From Burkholderiales bacterium (GTDB taxonomy: Bacteria > Pseudomonadota > Gammaproteobacteria > Burkholderiales > SG8-39), in NCBI GenBank assembly GCA_964201515.1, contig CAXNGL010000001.1, positions 1 through 41,455 of the forward strand: DNA of 41,455 nt, written 5' to 3'. Below the pieces are notes generated by a model. That model saw only the letters and a program-made list of their open reading frames with translations. It searched no databases and was not told the origin of the DNA. This document shows, piece after piece, positions 4,140 through 13,690 of this stretch; position 1 is the first letter of the stretch, and every line of letters begins with the position of its first letter. The position numbers and the translations under genes are program-made.

Positions 4140-6785
4140 TCAATCGATGACACCTTCATTCCTGAGCGCACCAATCTCCGCCAACGACATGCCCAGCAGT
4201 TCCCCCAGAACGTATTCATTGTCCTCGCCATAATACGGGGCGCCACGATCAATGGGCCCGCCCGCATGCGTCGGGGTCTCGCTCATCCTGGTCGGCATCT
4301 CGTAGACCGGCCAGGTGCCGATGCGCGTGCCCGTCACCTCAGTCAGCCAATCCAGCGCCACCAACTGCGGGTCGTTGTCGCAACGGTCCTCCGCCGTCTG
4401 GCAGACGCCGGCCGGCACGCCGGCGGCCTGCAAGCGATGCATGGCCTCGTATCGATCCATGCTGGCCGTCCACCGTCCCACGGTCGCATCCAGCGCAACC
4501 TGATGGGCGAGCCTTGCCGGCAGGCTGGCGAATCGGGCGTCCAGCGCCCACTCCGGATGCGCTGCCGCCTTGGCCAGTGCCGCCCACTCGGCGTCAGTGA
4601 AGCAGGCGATGGCCAGCCAGCGGTCTTCACCCAGGCACGGATAGACGCCATGCGGCGCAGCCGACTTGTAGGGTGAGCGATTGCCGTAGCGCTGCCACAC
4701 CCGGCCGTTGGCCGACCAGTCGAGGATGCTCGTCCCGCTCGCAAAGATGCCGACTTCAACCTGCGAGCTGTTGATCCACTGGCCTTCACCGGTTCGATTG
4801 CGATGATGCAGGGCAGACAGGATGGCGAGCGCGAACGTGTAGGCGCCCAGCCAATCGAGGTAGGAATATCCCCAGCCTACCGGCATGGCCGGCTCGGGCA
4901 GCCCGGACATCTCGGATATGCCTGACATGGCCGCGGCAATCGGACCGACAGTGCGAAAGCGGCCGTAGGTGCCGCCCGACCCCATGCCCGACTGCTGCAC
5001 GTAGATGATGTCCGGCTTGATGGCACGCAGGGCGTCGTACCCAAGCCCCCACTTCTGCAGCACACCCGGCGAAAAGCCTTCGGCCACGACATCGGACACG
5101 GCCACCAGCCGCTTGGCGATCTCCAGGCCTTTCGGATGCGTCACGTTGAGGGAGAACCCGCGCTTGCCCGGGTTCTTGTTGTTGAACTGCCCGCCCATGT
5201 CCGGGTCGTTCGAGCCTTCCAGCGGCGCGGTGGCCTTGCGCCTGGCCTCGCGGCCGCCGATCGGCGCCATGTTGCCAAAGCGCGTGTCCGGATGTGTTTT
5301 CCATTCCGTCTTGAGGCATTCGACGCCGAGCGACGCGGCAAACCGCGTGCCGCCCGCCGTCGCCAGGTACCAGCTGAAATCCAGGATACGAACGTCCTTG
5401 ACCGCAAACGGCTTGCCGTGACGCGAAAGACTTTCTGTAGCGCTCCCGCCCGGTGCCGCCGGCACCGCGGGTACCGCGGGCACCGCGGGCACCGCTATGA
5501 CGGGCGGCTTGAGAAGCCTGGGAAGTTCTGCGGCGTCTTCATCCAGCAATGGCGCACGCCGGCCGGGCACCCACGCGCCGGCGCTCGACTGCCATTTGCT
5601 GGTCGGGTAACAGAATGAGCGTCCCAGTTCCGGATGTTCGATATCGGTGAAGGTCTTGCGCAGTTTCCAGTGGTCATCCAGCGCATTCTCATGCGGCTTG
5701 CGCAGCGGCGCCCACAGCAATCCGGCTTCCTGCGCGGCCTGCCAGGGCGCACGCTCGTAGGTGTACGAGCGGACCAGCCGGTGCGCCGCTTCGGTGAGAC
5801 GGGCCAGCGAATCTCCCATCTTGGTTGAACCCGGAATCGCGCCCGCAGTCCCCGGCATCGCGTCCTTGCCCGGGAGCGGCAAATCGGTCATGCCGTTCTT
5901 GTCGAGGAATTTGTGCAGCTTGGCATCCGCGCCCTCGCCATAGCTGAAGGTCATCAGCCAGCGGCCGTCCTTGGTGCTGCCGATGGTGGGAACGTTGTCA
6001 CGGAACTGCATGGCATGCCGGTTGGTCTGCCGGTAGAACGGCGCTCGCCGCAGGATCCACGCCGGCACATCATTCTCGGTATTGATCGACACGGCGGCAT
6101 GGACTGCGCAGGAGATGGACTGGCCCTGCCCGGCACGCTGGCGGTAGATGAGCGCACCGACAATGCCGATGGCCAGTTGCTCGCCGGCGATGTGATAGGC
6201 CTGCCACATCTGCGGGGCAATCGGCGGCAGGTCGTAACGGCCGTCCGGCTCCGGGTCGTAGCCGCAGTTCATCACCACGCCACCCAGCGCGAGATGGACA
6301 AGGTCCGAACTCTTGTACTTGGCCCAGGGGCCGGATTCACCGAACGGCGTCATGCGCGCAATCACCAGCCGCGGGAAACGTCGCCGCAGTTCCTCGACCG
6401 GCAGGCCGATCAGGTCTGGATGCTCGACTGAGACCGACTGCAGCAGAACGTCTGCGTTTTCGAGTAATGCCAGCAGGTTTTCCCGGCCGGCCGGCGTCTT
6501 GCAATCCATGACCAGCGAGCGCTTGCCGCGGTTGTAATGCCAGAAGTGCAGCGAGCGCTCAGGGCCCTCGCGATCTTCGCGGTCCTCGAAGAACGGGCCG
6601 ATGCGCCGCGTGGGATTGCCGCTCGGCGGCTCGATCTTGATGACCTCGGCGCCCAGCCCCATCAGCGTCAGGCCGCAGTACTCCGCCAGTTCATCGCAAA
6701 TCTCGACCACGCGAAGGCCAGCGAGGTTTCCTTCGCCGGCACCACGCGCTTCATGACCACTCGCCGCCTTCGACCCGTCCGACAT
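4140..6785 (-). CDS. Tandem-fused family-III CoA-transferase (two CaiB/BaiF-like domains in one 881-aa chain)
   Basis: Domain 1 (about 20-425) has LRVVEICDELAEYCGLTLMGLGAEVIKIEPP and FGESGPWAKYKSSDLVHLALGG. Domain 2 (about 460-881) has VRILDFSWYLATAGGTRFAASLGVECLKTE and GMGSGGTYGRFRTVGPIAAAMSG. The linker is IAVPAVPAVPAVPAAPGG. AAGGAG RBS. Confidence 0.85.
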   Translation of the reverse strand: MSDGSKAASGHEARGAGEGNLAGLRVVEICDELAEYCGLTLMGLGAEVIKIEPPSGNPTRRIGPFFEDREDREGPERSLHFWHYNRGKRSLVMDCKTPAGRENLLALLENADVLLQSVSVEHPDLIGLPVEELRRRFPRLVIARMTPFGESGPWAKYKSSDLVHLALGGVVMNCGYDPEPDGRYDLPPIAPQMWQAYHIAGEQLAIGIVGALIYRQRAGQGQSISCAVHAAVSINTENDVPAWILRRAPFYRQTNRHAMQFRDNVPTIGSTKDGRWLMTFSYGEGADAKLHKFLDKNGMTDLPLPGKDAMPGTAGAIPGSTKMGDSLARLTEAAHRLVRSYTYERAPWQAAQEAGLLWAPLRKPHENALDDHWKLRKTFTDIEHPELGRSFCYPTSKWQSSAGAWVPGRRAPLLDEDAAELPRLLKPPVIAVPAVPAVPAVPAAPGGSATESLSRHGKPFAVKDVRILDFSWYLATAGGTRFAASLGVECLKTEWKTHPDTRFGNMAPIGGREARRKATAPLEGSNDPDMGGQFNNKNPGKRGFSLNVTHPKGLEIAKRLVAVSDVVAEGFSPGVLQKWGLGYDALRAIKPDIIYVQQSGMGSGGTYGRFRTVGPIAAAMSGISEMSGLPEPAMPVGWGYSYLDWLGAYTFALAILSALHHRNRTGEGQWINSSQVEVGIFASGTSILDWSANGRVWQRYGNRSPYKSAAPHGVYPCLGEDRWLAIACFTDAEWAALAKAAAHPEWALDARFASLPARLAHQVALDATVGRWTASMDRYEAMHRLQAAGVPAGVCQTAEDRCDNDPQLVALDWLTEVTGTRIGTWPVYEMPTRMSETPTHAGGPIDRGAPYYGEDNEYVLGELLGMSLAEIGALRNEGVID
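5452..5496. repeat. Tandem 9-bp repeat (ggYRccgcN x5) encoding the (PAV)n inter-domain linker
   Basis: ggtgccgcc ggcaccgcg ggtaccgcg ggcaccgcg ggcaccgct, read directly. It is in frame with the CDS on the minus strand. Confidence 0.85.
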
Positions 6786-6806
6786 GACACACTCCTTTGC
6801 CGCAGC

Positions 6807-8027
6807 TCAAATCGAATCGATGCCCAGTTCCCTCAGGATCTCGGCGTTGTGCTCGCCCAGCGCCGGCGCGCTTCCGACGGGATCCGCCTTGCCGCGATGC
6901 GCCTCGGCCAGCCCGTCATAACCGCCACCGACCAGCGCGGCGCCCGAGGTCACCGACACCGGCGATGTCGGAACGCGCACCTGCTTGCCCTTGTACTCGT
7001 AGCCGGTCATTACGCCGTTGGCCTCGGCATGCTTGCTCGCCATCGCCTCGCGCCAGTCGAGCACCGGCGCAAACGGGATGTCGACGCGCGCAAGCACCTC
7101 CACCCACTGGTCGCGCGTCCGCGTGGCGAATTGCGCCTGGATGATCTCACGCTCGCCCAAGGCGACGTAATCTCCGCCCATGTCGGATCCGCCGGACCAG
7201 TTGCCGCGCGCGCGCACATCCGCCGGCAGCCCCAGCGCATCGCAGAAACGCTCCCAGAAATGCTTCTCGGTGGGGCAAACCAGCAGCGCCTTGCCGTCGC
7301 CCGCGCCATAGATCGCATAGCGCGAGCCGAAGCTCCGGTAGGCGGGCCAGCTGTTGCCCGTGTTGGCAAAGGTCGAGGTATCGCGCCACATCCACGACAG
7401 CGCTGCTTCCCAGATCGACACGTGCACCACCTGCCCGCCGCCACCCTGGTCACGCCGGTAGAGCGCCGCATAGACACCCAGCGCGGCCTCCACGCCGGCC
7501 ATCGTGGTGCCCACGGTGCGGTATTGCTCGGGCGTATCCGGCCGCCCGCCGCTGTTCTCCAGCGCAATGGTTCCGGCCAGCGCGTCCACGTTCAGCCCAT
7601 GCGCGGGATACGCCGCCCATTCACCGGCGATGCCGTAGCCGGAGATGAGGCAGTACACGAGTTGCGGGTTGTGCCGCAGCAGGCTGGTGAAGTCCAGCCC
7701 CAGGCGCTGCGCGGTGCTCGGGCGGTTACCGACAATCACCACGTCGGCCCAGCGCGCCAGCGCCTCCACCACGCGCGGCCATTGCGGCGACTTGGAATCG
7801 AGCGCGAGGCTGCGTGTGCCCGGATTCAGCGCCAGGTGATGCAAGCCCTCGCCGTCGAAGTAGGGCGCGACATCGCGATTGCCATCGCCCCATTTCGGAT
7901 GTTCGATCTTGATCACGTCCGCACCCAGCTGCACCATCTGGTGGCTGGCCACCGGGCCGGGAAGATGGGTCGAGAAATCGGCGACCCGGGGACCTTTTGC
8001 GCGGCTTCGATTGACGGGCATGTTCAA
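6807..8027 (-). CDS. Family-III CoA-transferase-like protein (CaiB/BaiF/MCR-like)
   Basis: VADFSTHLPGPVASHQMVQLGADVIKIEHP and ISGYGIAGEWAAYPAHGLNVDALAG. 406 aa. The start overlaps the MaoC stop by 4 nt. Confidence 0.85.
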   Translation of the reverse strand: MNMPVNRSRAKGPRVADFSTHLPGPVASHQMVQLGADVIKIEHPKWGDGNRDVAPYFDGEGLHHLALNPGTRSLALDSKSPQWPRVVEALARWADVVIVGNRPSTAQRLGLDFTSLLRHNPQLVYCLISGYGIAGEWAAYPAHGLNVDALAGTIALENSGGRPDTPEQYRTVGTTMAGVEAALGVYAALYRRDQGGGGQVVHVSIWEAALSWMWRDTSTFANTGNSWPAYRSFGSRYAIYGAGDGKALLVCPTEKHFWERFCDALGLPADVRARGNWSGGSDMGGDYVALGEREIIQAQFATRTRDQWVEVLARVDIPFAPVLDWREAMASKHAEANGVMTGYEYKGKQVRVPTSPVSVTSGAALVGGGYDGLAEAHRGKADPVGSAPALGEHNAEILRELGIDSI

Positions 8028-8950
8028 ATCTTTCCTCCAAGATGGGGGGGCTGTTTCTGGCCCGATACCGATGCAAGCGCATCGTCAAGCGTGGCATGGC
8101 CGCTGTCGAGAACCTTGGCATTGCGCGCGCGAACCCAGGCGCGATACATGAGCTTCGAGCCGTCCTGCCAGATCTCCACCGACAGGGTTTCGCCGGGGAA
8201 GAACGGCGCCGAAAAGCGCGCCCCCATCCCAACCAGCCGCCGCGGCTCGTAGCCACAGACCGCCTTCAGCAGCGCGTGGCCGACGATGCCGAAGGTGCCA
8301 AGCCCGTGCAGGATCGGGCGTGCAAACCCGACCGAGCGGGCGAATTCCGGGTCTGCGTGCAGCGGATGATGATCCCCGTTCAACCGGTACAGCAGGTGTG
8401 CCTGCGGCAGCGAGGGCAGGTTGACGACGTGGTCGGGTTCGCGCTCCGGGATGGCGGTAGCGGCAGGCGCCGCGCCCGTCGGACCGCCGAAGCCCCCGTC
8501 ATTGCGACAGACCAGTGTCGTAGACACGGTGGCCATGCGACTGCCGCTCGCCTGATCGGCAACCAACCGTTCAAGACGAATGATCGCACCGCGTCCAGGG
8601 CCCCTGTCGATGAGACCGATCACCCGGGTTTGCGAACGCACTTTACCCGCCGCCGGTATGGGGGCATGCAGGACGAGGTCCTGGCCCCCATTGACAACGT
8701 TTTCCGCATCGATCCCGGTCGCAGGGTCGGAGAACCAGAGCCCCGGCCAGCCCAGGATCATCGCCATCGTCGGCAGGGCCACGAGGTCACGCTCAGTTAC
8801 GAATTTCAGTTGCGATCGGTCCAGCGGATCACTGCCCAGGCCCACGCTCAAGGCGTAGAGCATGGTGTCCCGCTCGGTGTAGGTTTGCACGCGCTCCTCG
8901 AACGGCCAGTTCAGCAGGCGATGGGTGTCGATCGTCATTGCCTGTTCCAT
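8024..8950 (-). CDS. MaoC-like (R)-specific enoyl-CoA hydratase/dehydratase, double hot-dog
   Basis: MEQAMTIDTHRLLNWPFEERVQTYTERDTMLYALSVG... plus the hydratase-2-like motif YRLNGDHHPLHADPEFA. Only the last 308 codons of the 678-aa track ORF are credible. An alternative start is ATG 8938. Confidence 0.8.
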   Translation of the reverse strand: MEQAMTIDTHRLLNWPFEERVQTYTERDTMLYALSVGLGSDPLDRSQLKFVTERDLVALPTMAMILGWPGLWFSDPATGIDAENVVNGGQDLVLHAPIPAAGKVRSQTRVIGLIDRGPGRGAIIRLERLVADQASGSRMATVSTTLVCRNDGGFGGPTGAAPAATAIPEREPDHVVNLPSLPQAHLLYRLNGDHHPLHADPEFARSVGFARPILHGLGTFGIVGHALLKAVCGYEPRRLVGMGARFSAPFFPGETLSVEIWQDGSKLMYRAWVRARNAKVLDSGHATLDDALASVSGQKQPPHLGGKI

Positions 8951-9031
8951 GTGCGCATCGGCCTTATGGTAACTTAGTGCGCCTGACGGAATGGCCGTTG
9001 GAATCGCAGCAACGCACCCTGAAGGCATCGC

Positions 9032-10237
9032 ATGACCCGCCCCAAGCAAGCCGTCCTCTCCGGCATCAAAGTCCTCGACATGTCGCGCATCCTGGCCGGT
9101 CCCTGGTGCGCCATGACGCTCGGCGACCTGGGTGCCGACGTGATCAAGGTCGAGAACCCTGACGGCGGTGACGACACGCGCCATCTGGGCACCGCCATCC
9201 AGGGCGGGGAGCGCACCTATTACCTGTGCGTCAACCGCAACAAGCGCAGCATCGCCATCGACTTCCGCACGCCTGAAGGACAGCAGATCATTCGCGGCCT
9301 CGCCGCGCAAAGCGACGTGTTGATCGAGAACTACAAGCTGGGTGACCTGGCGCGATACGGGCTGGATTACGAAACCCTGCGCGTACTCAACCCGAAACTG
9401 ATCTACCTGTCGATCTCGGGTTACGGACGCGAAGGCCCCAACGCCGCGCGCCTTGGATACGATTTCATCCTCCAGGGCGAGAGCGGCCTGATGTCGGTGA
9501 CCGGCGACCCGGCGGGGCCGCCCATGAAGGTCGGCGTGCCCTTTGTGGACATCACCACCGGCACCTATGCCGCGCAGGCAGTGCTGGCGGCGCTGCTGGC
9601 GCGGGAGAAAACGGGCGAAGGCCAGCTGATCGATATCGCGCTGTTCGACTGCGCGCTGGCCAACCTGTCGATCATCGCCTCGAACGCGCTGCTGCTCGGA
9701 ACGGTGCCAAAGCGTTACGGCAACACGCATGTGGACATTTCCCCGTACGAAACATTCCCCTGCAGCGACGGCGACATCATCATCACGGTGGCCAATGACG
9801 CCCAGTTCCAGCGACTGTGCCAGGCGTTGGGGAGACCCGACATCGCGTCGGATCCGCGCTTCCAGAAGAACGATGGCCGGCTCAAGAACAAGGCCGCCTT
9901 GAGGGAATTGCTCATCGGCTGCCTTGCCGCGCGCACCCGCGAGCAATGGTACGAAGCGCTGCGGGATGTCGATGTCGCGGCTGGTTCCGTGCGCAACGTC
10001 AGCGAGGCCATCGCTGTAGCAGTCGAGGGCGAACGCGATATGATCGTCGAAGTCCCGCATCCGACGGCGGGCTCGGTGAAGCTGATCGGGTCACCGCTGA
10101 AGCTGCGTGGCACGCCGGTGGTGCCTGCGGTAGCGCCACCGACCCTGGGCCAGCACACCGACGACATCCTGCGCGATTCGCTGGGATTGGATGCCGGCCA
10201 GATCGCGCGGCTGCGCGACAAGGGTGCCATCGGCTGA
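9032..10237 (+). CDS. Family-III CoA-transferase (CaiB/BaiF), canonical
   Basis: IKVLDMSRILAGPWCAMTLGDLGADVIKVENP and ISGYGREGPNAARLGYDFILQGESG. 401 aa, divergent from the MaoC operon. Confidence 0.9.
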   Translation: MTRPKQAVLSGIKVLDMSRILAGPWCAMTLGDLGADVIKVENPDGGDDTRHLGTAIQGGERTYYLCVNRNKRSIAIDFRTPEGQQIIRGLAAQSDVLIENYKLGDLARYGLDYETLRVLNPKLIYLSISGYGREGPNAARLGYDFILQGESGLMSVTGDPAGPPMKVGVPFVDITTGTYAAQAVLAALLAREKTGEGQLIDIALFDCALANLSIIASNALLLGTVPKRYGNTHVDISPYETFPCSDGDIIITVANDAQFQRLCQALGRPDIASDPRFQKNDGRLKNKAALRELLIGCLAARTREQWYEALRDVDVAAGSVRNVSEAIAVAVEGERDMIVEVPHPTAGSVKLIGSPLKLRGTPVVPAVAPPTLGQHTDDILRDSLGLDAGQIARLRDKGAIG

Positions 10238-10239
10238 GA

Positions 10240-10290
10240 GGCCATTCGGCATGACCGAAATGGCCCCCGACGGGGACACCGTCAGGGTTT
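10240..10290. terminator. Two adjacent hairpins between convergent genes
   Basis: ggccattcgg-catga-ccgaaatggcc, then cccgacgg-ggacac-cgtcaggg followed by ttt. Confidence 0.4.
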
Positions 10291-10304
10291 GCCCAAAAGA
10301 AACG

Positions 10305-11270
10305 TTACTGCGGCTGTACCTTGGCCAGCGCTGCGGCTTCGGTCAACTCCTTGACTTCGGCAGCCAGCAACGCCGCCAGTTGCTCGGGGGTGCCGGGCGC
10401 GGGGTCGAAGCCGACCTTCTTGATCGAATCCTGCGCCGACTGCGGTGCCAGGGCCGCGACCACTTTCTTGTACAGCTGCGCGATCAGTTCCGGCGACATG
10501 CTCGCCTGCCCCATGATGGCGTAATAATTTCCGCTGTTGAGGTTCACGCCCTGCTCCCTGGTGGTGGGAATCGTGGGTGCAAGGGAAAACCGCGCCGTAC
10601 TGGCCATGGCCAGGGGCACGATGCGCTTGGCGTCGATGTGCGCCATGGCTGCGGCAAGCGTGCCGATATAGAACTGGGTGTCGCCCTTGGCGATGGCCAG
10701 CACCGCCGAGGTGCCGTCGTTGTACGGAATGGTCGCCGCTTCAATGCCGTTGAGCTTGAGGAACGAAATGGTCTGCAGCGCCACCGAATTGCCGTTGATG
10801 ATCCCCACGTTCAACTTCATCGGATTGGCCTTGCCGTAGGCGAGAAACTCGGCCAGCGACTTTGCCGGCAACGCCGAATTCATCATCAGGATATTGGGCG
10901 CCTGGCCGAGGCCGGCTATTGGAACCAGCGCCTTGGTCAGGACCATGGCCTGGCCTTTCACGAAGAGGCTGGTGTGCAGGGTCGAATAGGCGGTTGCCAC
11001 GATCACCGAGCCGTCAGCCGGCGCGCGTGCCGCAATCTCGCCGCCCAGGTAACCGCCGGCGCCCGGCCGGTTTTCCACGACTACCGTCTGTCCGGTCTGG
11101 GATGTGATGTTCGCCGCCATCACGCGCACCAGCAGGTCCGTCGACCCGCCGGGGCCGAATGGCACGATCACTGCCATGGGCTTCTGGGCCGACTGGGCCA
11201 GGAGCAAGCCTGAGGAACCCAGGATCGACGCACCGAGGACCAGCCCCGCTAGAACACGCATTGCACGCAT
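10305..11270 (-). CDS. Bug-family (TctC-like) tripartite tricarboxylate transporter substrate-binding protein
   Basis: Signal peptide, then IVPFGPGGSTDLLVRVMA...VVVENRPGAGG. 321 aa, typical Bug length. Confidence 0.9.
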   Translation of the reverse strand: MRAMRVLAGLVLGASILGSSGLLLAQSAQKPMAVIVPFGPGGSTDLLVRVMAANITSQTGQTVVVENRPGAGGYLGGEIAARAPADGSVIVATAYSTLHTSLFVKGQAMVLTKALVPIAGLGQAPNILMMNSALPAKSLAEFLAYGKANPMKLNVGIINGNSVALQTISFLKLNGIEAATIPYNDGTSAVLAIAKGDTQFYIGTLAAAMAHIDAKRIVPLAMASTARFSLAPTIPTTREQGVNLNSGNYYAIMGQASMSPELIAQLYKKVVAALAPQSAQDSIKKVGFDPAPGTPEQLAALLAAEVKELTEAAALAKVQPQ

Positions 11271-11439
11271 ACTTATCTCCAGTTGTTTGTTTGACTAGAT
11301 CGCTTGTCCAGCTGACGCCGACAATATCATTCCGGATAATCCCGGTTCACGCCTTCACGGGACTAACCTACCAGCACACCCGGGCGAACCCGGTGGCACA
11401 CCATACCCGAAAAGCCCCGGCCGTAGCGCGGCTTCGCCG

Positions 11440-13620
11440 CTAAGCCGCCTCCAGCTTGGCGTACGCGAGCGCCAGCCACTTCATGCCCTGGCGGCCGAAG
11501 TTGATCTGCAGGCGCGCGTCCGCCCCCGCGCCTTCGGCGCTGACGATGACGCCCTGGCCGAACTTGGCGTGGGTGACGGACTGGCCGATGCGATAGCCGT
11601 GTCCGGATGAGTTTGCCCGCGAGGCGGGCTTTTCGTAGCTCGCCGGCGCTGGCCAATCGTTCACCGAGGGTGCCATGGGGGATGAGGCGGCGTAGGCGCC
11701 CTGGCCGCGCATGCGCGGGGTAAGCCACTTCAGCAGGCCTTCCGGCACCTCGTCGATGAAGCGCGAGGCCACGTTGTAGCGCGTCTGCCCGTGCAGGAGG
11801 CGCGTCTGCGCGAACGACAGGTACAGGCGCGTGCGCGCACGCGTGATGGCCACGTACATGAGGCGGCGCTCTTCTTCCAGCCCGTCCTCCTCGTTGACGC
11901 TTTGCTCGTGCGGGAACAGGCCTTCTTCGAGACCGGTGATGAACACGGCATGGAATTCCAGTCCCTTGGCCGAGTGCACCGTCATCATCTGCAGCGCGTC
12001 CATGCCTTCGGCAGCCTGGTTCTCGCCGGACTCCAGAACCGCGTGCGCGAGGAAGGAGGCGAGGTCGTTGGCCGCTTGTTCCCTGGAATCTTCCTGCACG
12101 AAGGTGGCCGCGGCGTTGATGAGTTCGTTCAGGTTCTCGATGCGGTCGGCGCCGTCACGCTCGGCCTGGTAGTGGCGAATGAGGCCGCTTTTCTCCAGCA
12201 TGTGTTCAACCACTTCCGGCATGGGCAGGTCCTTGGTGGCTGCACGCAGGTCTTCGACGATGCGCACGAACCCGGCGAGCGAATTGCCGGCCTTGCCCGA
12301 CAGGTGCGGCACCGCGGCGTAAAGGCTCGTGGCATGCACCCTGGCCGCGTCCTGCAACTGTTCGATCGAGCGCGCCCCGATGCCGCGCGTCGGGAAGTTC
12401 ACCACACGCAGGAACGCACCGTCATCCTCGGGGCTGGCCAGCAAACGCAGGTAGGCCAGCGCATGCTTGATCTCCAGGCGCTCAAAAAAGCGCAGACCTC
12501 CATACACGCGATACGGGATCCCCTGCGAGAACAGCGCGTGCTCCAGCACCCGCGACTGGGCGTTGGAGCGATACAACACGGCGATGTCGCGGCGCATATG
12601 GCCGTCGGCCACCAGGTTCTTCACTTCCTCGGCGATCCACGCCGCTTCATAGCCGTCGCTCGGCGCTTCATAGACGCGAAGCTGCTCGCCTTCGCCCGCG
12701 GCGGTCCACAGGTTCTTTCCCAGGCGCCGCGAGTTGTTGGAGATCAGCGAATTGGCCGCCGACAGGATGTGCCCGTGCGAGCGGTAGTTCTGCTCCAGGC
12801 GGATGACGTTCTCCACCTTGAAGTCACGCTCGAAGTCACCCATGTTGCCGACATTGGCGCCACGAAATCGGTAAATGCTCTGATCGTCGTCGCCGACAGC
12901 GAACATCACGCTGGCCGGCCCGCACAAGAGCTTCAGCCAGCGGTACTGCAGGCGGTTGGTGTCCTGGAACTCGTCGACCAGGATATAGCGAAAGCGGTTG
13001 CGGTAATGGTCGCGCAAGACCTCGTTCCTCGACAGCAGCTCGAATGTGCGCAGCAGCAGTTCGGAGAAATCGACCACGCCCTCCTTCTGGCACTGCTCTT
13101 CGTAGGCGGCGTAGAACTCCACCGAGCGACGGCTGAAATCATCGAACACTTCGGCCTGGGCCGGGCGGCGACCTTCTTCCTTGTTGGCGTTGATGAAGTA
13201 CTGCACCTGGCGCGGTGGAAACTTGTCCTCATCGGCGTTCATGCTGCGCAGCACCCGCTTCACCGCCGAGAGCTGGTCCTGCGAATCGAGGATCTGGAAC
13301 AGCTGCGGCAACCCGGCCTCGCGGAAGTGCGTGCGCAGGAAGCGGTTGCACAGGCCGTGGAAGGTACCCACCCACATGCCGCGCGTGTTGATCGGCAGCT
13401 GCGCCGACAGGCGCGTGAGCATTTCCTTGGCTGCCTTGTTGGTGAAGGTGACCGCCAGCAGCCCGGCGGGGCTGGTGCGCCCGGACTGGATCAGCCAGGC
13501 GATGCGCGTGGTGAGGACGCGGGTCTTGCCGGAGCCGGCGCCGGCGAGGATCAGCGCGTGCTGGTCGGGCAGCGTGACTGCGGCGAGTTGTTCGGGATTG
13601 AGATTGTCAAGAAGGGACAC
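11440..13620 (-). CDS. uvrD: DNA helicase II (UvrD)
   Basis: LNPEQLAAVTLPDQHALILAGAGSGKTRVLTTRIAWL, the FTNKAAKEM, DEFQDTN and VHSAKGLEF helicase motifs, and a C-terminal HAKFGQG tail. Confidence 0.93.
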   Translation of the reverse strand: MSLLDNLNPEQLAAVTLPDQHALILAGAGSGKTRVLTTRIAWLIQSGRTSPAGLLAVTFTNKAAKEMLTRLSAQLPINTRGMWVGTFHGLCNRFLRTHFREAGLPQLFQILDSQDQLSAVKRVLRSMNADEDKFPPRQVQYFINANKEEGRRPAQAEVFDDFSRRSVEFYAAYEEQCQKEGVVDFSELLLRTFELLSRNEVLRDHYRNRFRYILVDEFQDTNRLQYRWLKLLCGPASVMFAVGDDDQSIYRFRGANVGNMGDFERDFKVENVIRLEQNYRSHGHILSAANSLISNNSRRLGKNLWTAAGEGEQLRVYEAPSDGYEAAWIAEEVKNLVADGHMRRDIAVLYRSNAQSRVLEHALFSQGIPYRVYGGLRFFERLEIKHALAYLRLLASPEDDGAFLRVVNFPTRGIGARSIEQLQDAARVHATSLYAAVPHLSGKAGNSLAGFVRIVEDLRAATKDLPMPEVVEHMLEKSGLIRHYQAERDGADRIENLNELINAAATFVQEDSREQAANDLASFLAHAVLESGENQAAEGMDALQMMTVHSAKGLEFHAVFITGLEEGLFPHEQSVNEEDGLEEERRLMYVAITRARTRLYLSFAQTRLLHGQTRYNVASRFIDEVPEGLLKWLTPRMRGQGAYAASSPMAPSVNDWPAPASYEKPASRANSSGHGYRIGQSVTHAKFGQGVIVSAEGAGADARLQINFGRQGMKWLALAYAKLEAA

Positions 13621-13690
13621 GTCGCCACCAATAAAATGCTGGCGCCAATTTTACTCCCCCGGCCTCGCGCTCAAGCGGTCGTCGTGCGCA

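Noticed and set aside
8951-10060. An N-terminal 370-aa extension of the MaoC ORF (track ORF 8024-10060).
   Set aside because: The extension is antisense to the well-supported CaiB gene at 9032-10237 and has no family signature. The hydratase homology begins at MEQAMTIDT (8950).
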